Source: a virus
Length of the DNA stretch: 64,000 nt
Strand: one strand, 5' to 3'
IMG/VR virus record: IMGVR_UViG_3300017917_004503
Span: 32,001-96,000 of that record
Part shown: positions 56,591 to 64,000 of the stretch, piece after piece
Numbering within the stretch: position 1 is the stretch's first letter
Layout: each line of letters begins with the position of its first letter
Translations under genes and position numbers: made by a program
Notes under the pieces: model-generated
What the model saw: the letters and a program-made list of their open reading frames with translations, nothing else
The model's database searches: none
What the model was told of the DNA's origin: nothing

Positions 56591-58150
56591 ATGGAAAGAG
56601 ATTCTATTATTATTTCTGTGATTGCCAATAATAACGTTAAGCTGGATGAACAAAATCAGGTTGATCGAGCTAATGGCTCTGTTGATCAGGAAACCCTGAG
56701 GAATGCGAATGAAATATCTGCCCAAATAACGGGTTTAAATGTTCCCTTTATTACTATTAATGGTTATTCTGTGACCAATTATTTAACTAGGTTTTCTCTA
56801 GATCTTTCAGGTTTTTTACCTGTGATGAAATTTTCTTTTATTGCCGCACAAAACGTTTTCATTTCAGTTAACTATCCAAAAGATGGAGATCTGGCTTCTC
56901 TTTATATGAGATCGCCGGGAGAAATTTATAAACCGATAAGGATGGATTTTAACATCTTGAGTGTTCATAGTGAAGTTTCCAGTAAGTATTCAGAAACTGG
57001 ATCTGATCCTGATGGAAAGGGGATTAATTTAAGATTCAATATAGTAGCAGAATGCAGAGTCCCAGGACTTTATTCGAATAGAATCAAATCTTATCCAGTT
57101 ACCAGTTCTTTCGATACCCTTCTACAGGCAGCACAAGAGATAAATTTGGGGTTTGCTTCTAACGAGAAGACACTAGAAGATAACATGACTTGGATTTGCC
57201 CTAATTATTCTTTTTTTGACTTTTTTCAAGAGGTCTCAATTAGAGCTTTTAAAGACGATCAAACCAGTTTTTTTGATTGCTGGATTGATCCGTATTATAA
57301 TTTGAATTTTGTGAATCTGGGTAATCAATTTGCCTATGAAACAGATCCTCAACAAGAAGTAATGTTTCTTCCTGGATATACCAATAAAGGGTTGAAAGTT
57401 GATTCAGGATACCCCGGTTCTAATACACCAGATTTAATTCAAACCAAATTAGTTTTAACAAACTTTTTCGGATCAGCAGAGCTTCCTTTTTATATTAACG
57501 GATACACTCTAACCTCTAGAGCAGGAAGTAATGTTAATAGCATGGGGTATATTACTGAAATATCTTTTTATGATGAAAATATACTTAAAGAAGATCCTAG
57601 TCAAAAGTACATTAAATATGACATCGAATCATTTACAACCGAAAATGTTGGAAGTGGAGCAGTCTTACAAAAAGGAAGAGCCAGAGATAACGAATACAAA
57701 GAAGAAAAAAGAAGAGAGTGGTTAGGCGTTTTAAATTCACAAGTCACACCAGACGATGGGGTTCATCCAAACTATCTTCATGCAAAGTTTCAAAATCTTG
57801 TAAATATAAACGATTGTACAAAACTAACACTGGAAGTTGAACTTGATAATTATTTTCCTGGTATTTATAGAGGAATGGTAGTTCCCGTCGCAATTTATAT
57901 TTTTGACGATGGCACTAGAAAACAAAATGCAGGTAACATTTCAAATTCACAAGATAATACTGGTTCTGGTCCAACTAAGGATATTTTTTTATCCGGTAAC
58001 TATGTTGTTATGGGTATGACAGTAAACTGGTCGTTTAGTTCTGGTGGGATGAGACAATATCTTACTTTGGCCAAAAGAACTTGGTATCTAAATACATCAG
58101 GATCTATACCTAAAGCATTTCCTATTTCTGTCAAAAATAACAAATTTTGA
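56591..58150 (+). CDS. Baseplate hub protein (gp27-like)
   Basis: Position; WIDPYYNLNF and LSGNYVVMG...F....MRQYLTL.KR hub-type C-terminus. Confidence 0.6.
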   Translation: MERDSIIISVIANNNVKLDEQNQVDRANGSVDQETLRNANEISAQITGLNVPFITINGYSVTNYLTRFSLDLSGFLPVMKFSFIAAQNVFISVNYPKDGDLASLYMRSPGEIYKPIRMDFNILSVHSEVSSKYSETGSDPDGKGINLRFNIVAECRVPGLYSNRIKSYPVTSSFDTLLQAAQEINLGFASNEKTLEDNMTWICPNYSFFDFFQEVSIRAFKDDQTSFFDCWIDPYYNLNFVNLGNQFAYETDPQQEVMFLPGYTNKGLKVDSGYPGSNTPDLIQTKLVLTNFFGSAELPFYINGYTLTSRAGSNVNSMGYITEISFYDENILKEDPSQKYIKYDIESFTTENVGSGAVLQKGRARDNEYKEEKRREWLGVLNSQVTPDDGVHPNYLHAKFQNLVNINDCTKLTLEVELDNYFPGIYRGMVVPVAIYIFDDGTRKQNAGNISNSQDNTGSGPTKDIFLSGNYVVMGMTVNWSFSSGGMRQYLTLAKRTWYLNTSGSIPKAFPISVKNNKF

Positions 58151-58185
58151 TTTCAGGATAAATATTAAAAATAATCACCAAGAAA

Positions 58186-60477
58186 TTGCTTGCAACAGAT
58201 CAACAAAGAAGTTTATTCCTCAAGGGATTTAAACTTTCAAACCAAGGAAAATATGAAGATCCAACTTATCTAGGATTTAAGATAGTTTTCGATTTCGGAG
58301 TTTTACCTGTGAGAGCTGACGATGGGTTAGCTCCAAGTCCTCTTTTTAGGATAGGAAGTTATGAGGATCAACAATTTTTTCCTTTAAATCCATTTGCTCA
58401 ACCACAGTATTCGTATAAGACTGGTCCTAATATAGCTTATTATTCCGCTGCTGAATACCTCAGACAAAGAGAGCAAAACTTTCCCCGTGGTGGAAAGAGG
58501 GCAGATATGTTGATTCAGTTTCGTAATTTATTAAACGATCTTGTTTCAAATTCACCATGGTTTTTACAATCTATCGATGGTTTGGACCAATTGGAAAAAG
58601 TAGAGCGTCCAGGATTTCCCACATTGGATATCGGTGGTTTTGATCCACAGAGAACAGGTAATAAGGTATTAACTTTCAACACTTTAGAGTCTCTGAATTT
58701 AAGAATGACTGCTTTAGCTGATCTTTATAATCAGGCTACTTTTGATTATGATAATATGAGGGAACTAGTCCCTAGGAATCTCCGAAGATTTACGATGTTT
58801 ATCTTCGTTCAAGAAATTAGAAATTTCTTTAAAACTTCTAGATTGATTGGTTCTTCTGCAGCTTTAACTTCACTCAACAATCTATCTGATCTACTGGGAG
58901 CAGGTAATAATCCTGGCAGTAATCTCGGAGCAGCTACTAACATAGCGAATCAGTTTGGACAGGAATTTGGTCAAGCTAATTCTGGTGGTGGAGGACCATT
59001 ATCTTCTTTTGTAGGTAACGTATTTAATAATTCTGGTGTTGATAATGACTATGCTATATTCACAAATCAGCAGGATCAAAGCGGGATTAAGCCAATGCTA
59101 ATCTATGAATGCAGAAATTGTGAATTTGATTTTAGCGACAGTACACCAATACCTAGCTCTATAAACGTTGGTGTTGATACAGCTACACCTGTTGGACAGA
59201 GCTTTAGAATTTTGGTTGGAAAGGTTAGAAAGAAGAGTCAATATCCAAATATCAGGCAAGATGGAAAGCCCTTAATTCTTGCTGATAGCTGGGATTCTTC
59301 TCGCTCGTCTGTTCAAAAAAATCCACAAGACACGAATGACATCTTATCTATTGGCGAAGAGCTTTTAACTAACTTTGTAAGTAATTCACTAAACGATCTT
59401 ATTAACGAAGGTATAAATAATTATGTTCTACCTGCGATTGCAGGAGCAGATAGATTAGCCTTAGGTAATGTTTATAGTTTAGATCCTGGACAGATCTTAT
59501 CAGATCTATCCTTTAACAATGCACAGAATTTTCTAAATCAATTGGGTAACGTCTCTGAAATTTCACTTCCTAATCCACAGACTTTAGGACAAGGTGGACC
59601 TCCAGAGAGGGTTTATATTAAACCAACTGGTGACGTTTATGCACAGGTTCCAGGAAGAGATCTTGGTGTTCCTGAAAGAGTTTACGTTAAGCCTAGTGGA
59701 GATTCCTATCCTGATGTACCAGGAAGGGATTTAGGGGTTCCTGGAAGAGTTTATAATACTCCATCTGGTGATGCCTATCCTGATGTTCCTGGTAAGGATC
59801 TCGGTGTTCCAGATAGAGTTTACACTCCACCTTCAGGTGATGCCTATCCTGATGTTCCAGGAAGAGATCTTGGTGTTCCTGATAGAGTTTATCCTTTACC
59901 AACTGGTGATGTCTATCCTGATGTTCCAGGAAGAGACCTCGGTGTTCCAGATAGAGTATATCCACCATCAACCGGAGATGTTTACACCGACGTACCTGGT
60001 AGAGATTTAGGTGTTCCTGATAGGGTTTACGGTAAGCCAGGAGGAGATGTTTATTCGAATGTTCCTGGTACAGATTTAGGTGTTCCTGATAGAAATTACA
60101 ATAAACCTCAGGGAAAGGTTTATCCTGATTCCCAGCCTTCTCCTAAATTAGGTGAATCGCAGGTTTATCCTGATTTTATTCCATCATCTCCTATCGATAT
60201 TTCGTCTCAAAGAGTTTATACAGATACTCCAAAAGTTAGTTACAACGGAGAACTGAGAGATGAATCTAATACTTTCTCGAGTAATCCTGGAAGAGTCTAT
60301 CCTGTCAACAAACCTTTTTCTGGTCAGAGTAGAGGAGATATCGGAAAGGCTTATCCTGAGACTACAGGAGATTTCATAATCGAAAAACCTTTAAATCTAG
60401 GAAATCTTAAACCAGAAGACAAATATAATATTAGTCTGGGACAAAACAATCCAGATCCTAATCAATTTGAAGATTAA
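58186..60477 (+). CDS. Baseplate/tail protein (possibly gp54-like) with C-terminal Pro/Gly repeat
   Basis: GATAAATA at 58157; EDPTYLGF, PWFLQSIDGL, NLRRFTM; within baseplate block. Confidence 0.5.
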   Translation: MLATDQQRSLFLKGFKLSNQGKYEDPTYLGFKIVFDFGVLPVRADDGLAPSPLFRIGSYEDQQFFPLNPFAQPQYSYKTGPNIAYYSAAEYLRQREQNFPRGGKRADMLIQFRNLLNDLVSNSPWFLQSIDGLDQLEKVERPGFPTLDIGGFDPQRTGNKVLTFNTLESLNLRMTALADLYNQATFDYDNMRELVPRNLRRFTMFIFVQEIRNFFKTSRLIGSSAALTSLNNLSDLLGAGNNPGSNLGAATNIANQFGQEFGQANSGGGGPLSSFVGNVFNNSGVDNDYAIFTNQQDQSGIKPMLIYECRNCEFDFSDSTPIPSSINVGVDTATPVGQSFRILVGKVRKKSQYPNIRQDGKPLILADSWDSSRSSVQKNPQDTNDILSIGEELLTNFVSNSLNDLINEGINNYVLPAIAGADRLALGNVYSLDPGQILSDLSFNNAQNFLNQLGNVSEISLPNPQTLGQGGPPERVYIKPTGDVYAQVPGRDLGVPERVYVKPSGDSYPDVPGRDLGVPGRVYNTPSGDAYPDVPGKDLGVPDRVYTPPSGDAYPDVPGRDLGVPDRVYPLPTGDVYPDVPGRDLGVPDRVYPPSTGDVYTDVPGRDLGVPDRVYGKPGGDVYSNVPGTDLGVPDRNYNKPQGKVYPDSQPSPKLGESQVYPDFIPSSPIDISSQRVYTDTPKVSYNGELRDESNTFSSNPGRVYPVNKPFSGQSRGDIGKAYPETTGDFIIEKPLNLGNLKPEDKYNISLGQNNPDPNQFED
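59626..60108 (+). repeat. 7 x 69-bp (23-aa) tandem repeat xGDVYPDVPGRDLGVPDRVYxxP
   Basis: Counted directly in the translation. Confidence 0.9.
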
Positions 60478-60479
60478 TT

Positions 60480-61181
60480 ATGCCGAGTGAAAGAGTCTAT
60501 TTGGGTCAAATCGTAGATAATAAAGATCCCTTATACCAGGGAAGAGCAAGGGTAAATGTTTTTGGTTTTTTCGATGGAATACCGACTGAAGATCTACCTT
60601 GGGCAGAGCAGATAGCTGGACTTTCCTTTGATGGAGGATTCGGAGGCGGAAATATCTCTATTCCTAGAATAGGTACTGTTGTTGCTGTTCATTTTGAGGA
60701 GAATAATTACTATAAAATGAATTATCACTACATTAAAGAGATCTCTCCTTCGTTATTAGAAGAGCTTAAACAAGAAAATTCATACGAGGGTACTCAATCA
60801 ATAGTCTATGACACCGAAGCTCAGCCAGGCACACTTAAAATGATTTATACGAGGAAAAATGGTTTGGTCTTTCAATTAGGTGATGCAACAATTCAACTTG
60901 ATACACAGAATGCTGGAACTGATAAAGAAAAACTCAGAATCAAGATAAAGATGAATGATGATGAGATTAGAATGGAGAAGAATGCGGGTAAGCAAAAAGT
61001 AATTATCAAGTCTGGAAACATAGAGCTAGGTGAAGAAGCTGTTGAAAAAATTATTTTAGGTAGCACCTTTTTGGATTTCTTTAATAAGCATACACACCCA
61101 ACCGGGGTTGGACCATCTGGTGTTCCCGTGATACCTATGATAGATCAAGTTCATTTAAGTCAAGTTTCAAAAACTAAATAA
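60480..61181 (+). CDS. Baseplate central spike (gp5/gpV-like OB fold)
   Basis: VDNKDPLYQGRARV, LPWA, IPRIGTVVAVHF, C-terminal HTH metal-binding motif FNKHTHP. Confidence 0.85.
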   Translation: MPSERVYLGQIVDNKDPLYQGRARVNVFGFFDGIPTEDLPWAEQIAGLSFDGGFGGGNISIPRIGTVVAVHFEENNYYKMNYHYIKEISPSLLEELKQENSYEGTQSIVYDTEAQPGTLKMIYTRKNGLVFQLGDATIQLDTQNAGTDKEKLRIKIKMNDDEIRMEKNAGKQKVIIKSGNIELGEEAVEKIILGSTFLDFFNKHTHPTGVGPSGVPVIPMIDQVHLSQVSKTK

Positions 61182-61182
61182 C

Positions 61183-62889
61183 ATGCCAGCTGATTGGGTA
61201 TCTTTTATAACAAATGTTTCTAATAAACTTGACGGTCAATCCATTCAAGCTTCTTATGATTCTGCGGGTTCAGATGTTGATGATTTTGCAACTTATCTGG
61301 CACAACAGTATACAAATGCTACAGTCGGTAAAGCACAATCCCCTTACGGCAATACACATGTGAAGGGTAACGAATCCATTTTGATAGCAGGATTTTCCGA
61401 GGCTTTTAAGAAACTAGAATCCGAAAGATCCCCTACCTTTGAAGAAAAATCCAAAGATCCTAACTATAAAGATTTAAAGGAAGAACCAACTGAGCAACAA
61501 CTTGAATCGGCTAGATCGAAATTTGATCTAGATTTTTTAGCTTGGGCTGAAGAAAATGGTTCAAACATACCGGATTTCATATATTCTCAATTTTTTAGTC
61601 AATATCCTGGATTTCCCAATACAGAGGAGCAAAGGGTTCTTGAATTAGCTAGAAGAATTATTAATCAATTTGACGGAACTTCAGATTATTTACAATGGAT
61701 ATACACTTTAAAGATACAGAATGATGAGTATAAAACTATATCTAGCAAAGTTTATGATAAAATTTTAGAATTAACCAAGGGACTAGGGTCTTCTGAGATA
61801 AAAGTCGGGGATGAAGTTCAAGGACTTTCTCTTTATCCTTTGAATCCAAACGGAACTGAAAATAGAAATTCTCCAAATAAGGGCGGTGAATTGATAAGAG
61901 GTAAGGTTTCATCTATTAATAAAATTAAAATACCTCTCTTATCAGGATCTAATATTTATTCAGTGACAGTAAATTCAAATGGTAAAAACATAGAAAGAAT
62001 TTTAGTTCCTGATACTATTCAAAAGAAAATTAATGTCTCTGATTTTCGTAATGTTAGAAACGTGAATTTATCTAAAAAAATCTTACAAGAAGACCATGTA
62101 TCTGATCCTAGCAGAATACCTAATTATTTGACATCTAAATTCATTACCCGTTTCACATACGATCCAAACAATGATAAAAATCTTTTTTATAGGATAATTA
62201 GAGCTACGCTAAATTTAGTTAATTATGATGGGGTTCAAAATTCCATAAACCAAAATCTATCTCCGAATAATGTACTTTATAGTGGATCTATTACTAAATT
62301 TTTAGACGGAGATTTTACTAATGCACAAATACAAGGCGCTAATATTCTAAGTACTCAGTTCCTTAACAATTCTAGAAATTATAAAGATTCTCTTAGCGTA
62401 AATAATTTTCTAGTATCACTTTCCTCTAAAAAATCCACGTCATATTCAGTTGAAGCCTCGAGATTTCTCCAGCTTAAAAGATCTTACATTGATTATTTAG
62501 TTCAAGAATCTAAAATACAGGATGAATCTGTCAATACTGAAGATCCATATTACAAAATGGCTGATAGTGTTATAAAATACTGGATTAGTTGTTTACAACA
62601 ACCTCTTTCTTCGTCTCCTCCTGTACCACCTTGTACAATATTACCGCCATCAAACGGTGTTTATGTTGGTGTATATTATGGATCTATAAAAAAACTAGGA
62701 GACAGTTTACGCCGTGCATTTAACGATGGCAAAAGTTTCAAGACTGGTAAAACTGGAAAAATAGTTGCAAGTTCTTTGGCTTCATCTTTCCAAAAGCATT
62801 TACTAGAACTAAAATTTATTTATAATGGTGGTATCCCTACAACAGGTGGACCTGTACCAATGTCAGGATTTGTTTCGTTAGTTTTTTAA
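61183..62889 (+). CDS. Hypothetical baseplate-associated protein
   Basis: Follows spike gene; no recognisable catalytic motif. Confidence 0.5.
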   Translation: MPADWVSFITNVSNKLDGQSIQASYDSAGSDVDDFATYLAQQYTNATVGKAQSPYGNTHVKGNESILIAGFSEAFKKLESERSPTFEEKSKDPNYKDLKEEPTEQQLESARSKFDLDFLAWAEENGSNIPDFIYSQFFSQYPGFPNTEEQRVLELARRIINQFDGTSDYLQWIYTLKIQNDEYKTISSKVYDKILELTKGLGSSEIKVGDEVQGLSLYPLNPNGTENRNSPNKGGELIRGKVSSINKIKIPLLSGSNIYSVTVNSNGKNIERILVPDTIQKKINVSDFRNVRNVNLSKKILQEDHVSDPSRIPNYLTSKFITRFTYDPNNDKNLFYRIIRATLNLVNYDGVQNSINQNLSPNNVLYSGSITKFLDGDFTNAQIQGANILSTQFLNNSRNYKDSLSVNNFLVSLSSKKSTSYSVEASRFLQLKRSYIDYLVQESKIQDESVNTEDPYYKMADSVIKYWISCLQQPLSSSPPVPPCTILPPSNGVYVGVYYGSIKKLGDSLRRAFNDGKSFKTGKTGKIVASSLASSFQKHLLELKFIYNGGIPTTGGPVPMSGFVSLVF

Positions 62890-62948
62890 AAACCGGAACT
62901 TATTGGTGGATATATACTAAGATTGTTTAACTTCTTAATAAAAAAAAT

Positions 62949-64000
62949 ATGACTGATTTTCTCAAAGAAAACGAACCAAAAACAAACGACTTTAACTGGG
63001 ACATTCAAAATGGGATCAAACCCAACAAGAAATTGAAGAGAGTTCCTGCAGGATTCAAGGTGTTCTGTCATGAACCTTATGCACAGGCTATGCTAGATTC
63101 CTACAACCAATTTTTTTCAGGATCCTCCCAAGTTGATGAATATGCTAAGGATTTATCCGAAGGTATGGTTTATTCTTGTAGGATTGTAGTTCTGAAAGAA
63201 GACGAGGCACTAGCACAAACTTCGACAGGACAAACTATCTACATTGATCTAAAGAAAGAGAAAAAAGACGCGGAAAAGCTCAATATTAGCGGCTTAACAT
63301 TTAACATCGGAGATACAGTTCAGGCTAGGATTAGAGTTTCTAATTCTAACTATTATGGTTCTGTTATTGAATATTATATCCACAGCTTGAGACTGGAACT
63401 TTTTGAACAAATCAAAAAAGAAAACAGTGCTTATAGAGTAAAAATCGAAAGCATAAATAAGGGCGGATACATCGTAGATCTTTCTGGTATTAAGTGCTTC
63501 TTACCAGGTTCGTTAGCTGCGGCAAACAGAATTACCGATTTTGAATCATATTTAGGTAAAGAAATCCATGTTATGATCGAGGGATATGTTGAGTCTAAGG
63601 ACATTTTTATAGTTTCTTACAAGAAGTATCTTAGTAAAATTATGGAATCTAAGATACAAGAGCTTGATTTAACTAAAAAATATAAAGGATTCGTTACTGG
63701 AACTAGTGAGTTTGGAGTTTTTGTTGAATGGGAGGAAGTTTACACTGGTCTTATTCATAAAACAGAATTCTTAGAGGATTCTGAGCTTACTTCAATCCAT
63801 CCTGGAGACGAGATTGAATTTTACGTTAAAGAGATCAAGGATAACAATCGTCTTACTTTAACTCTAGAGAAACCTTTAGAAAGAAATGTAATTATCCAAG
63901 ATTTAGATAATCAAATTAAAGAAGGATCTATTGAACCACAAGAAGCGCGTATTAAGCACAGAAGAAAAAATGGAATTCTCGTTGACTTAATTAATCTTGG
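62949..64000 (+). CDS. rpsA: Ribosomal protein S1 homolog (truncated by window end; absent from ORF track)
   Basis: Own translation: MTDFLKENEPKTNDFNWD...INKGGYIVDLSGIKCFLPGS...IVSYK...YKGFVTGTSEFGVFVEWEEVYTGLIHKTE...PGDEIEFYVKEI; no stop through 64000. Confidence 0.88.
   Translation, partial: MTDFLKENEPKTNDFNWDIQNGIKPNKKLKRVPAGFKVFCHEPYAQAMLDSYNQFFSGSSQVDEYAKDLSEGMVYSCRIVVLKEDEALAQTSTGQTIYIDLKKEKKDAEKLNISGLTFNIGDTVQARIRVSNSNYYGSVIEYYIHSLRLELFEQIKKENSAYRVKIESINKGGYIVDLSGIKCFLPGSLAAANRITDFESYLGKEIHVMIEGYVESKDIFIVSYKKYLSKIMESKIQELDLTKKYKGFVTGTSEFGVFVEWEEVYTGLIHKTEFLEDSELTSIHPGDEIEFYVKEIKDNNRLTLTLEKPLERNVIIQDLDNQIKEGSIEPQEARIKHRRKNGILVDLINL

Noticed and set aside
1119-63071. Numerous short minus-strand and alternate-frame ORFs in the track (e.g. 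62886..63071, 13822..14109, 59768..60010)
   Set aside because: They are shadows of long, motif-bearing plus-strand genes, with no independent signals
1-64000. Alternative genetic code (TAG or TGA recoding as in some Bacteroidota jumbo phages)
   Set aside because: Core genes are full length in code 11, and TAG/TGA serve as genuine stops (e.g. 15539, 16818, 58150)
1-64000. tRNA or other structured RNA genes
   Set aside because: Intergenic gaps are short and explained by promoters and terminators; no cloverleaf seen by eye (tRNAscan/Infernal not run)

Overview
AT-rich, densely coded, almost entirely + strand segment of a large T4-like (Tevenvirinae-style module order) myovirus/jumbo phage genome. 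It holds the morphogenesis core: gp14-like neck, small and large terminase, sheath, two tail tubes, gp26/gp51/tape-measure-like genes, gp55 late sigma, gp4, gp2, two portals, protease-scaffold fusion, major capsid, and a gp48/53/27/54/5-like baseplate block. Interleaved are replication and nucleotide genes (ligase, clamp loader subunits, RNase H-like exonuclease, dCMP deaminase, guanylate kinase, dNMP kinase-like, AsnB, Nudix). The host is probably a Bacteroidota member, judging from TAnnTTTG promoters, A-rich leaders without Shine-Dalgarno sequences and a Bacteroidota-like S1. Main highlights: (1) a three-tier promoter cascade readable from the DNA (host TAnnTTTG -> phage ECF sigma with GAAAY-N17/18-TAHAAW -> gp55 with GATAWATA); (2) a late-promoter-driven phage ribosomal protein S1 that the ORF track misses; (3) two intact tandem portal genes and several other tandem paralog pairs; (4) two candidate programmed frameshifts; (5) an UvsE homolog that has lost its metal ligands; (6) an AAH/TibC-type heptosyltransferase beside the virion genes; (7) a family of late proteins sharing a putative capsid-targeting leader. 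All assignments come from motif recognition by eye; no database searches were run.
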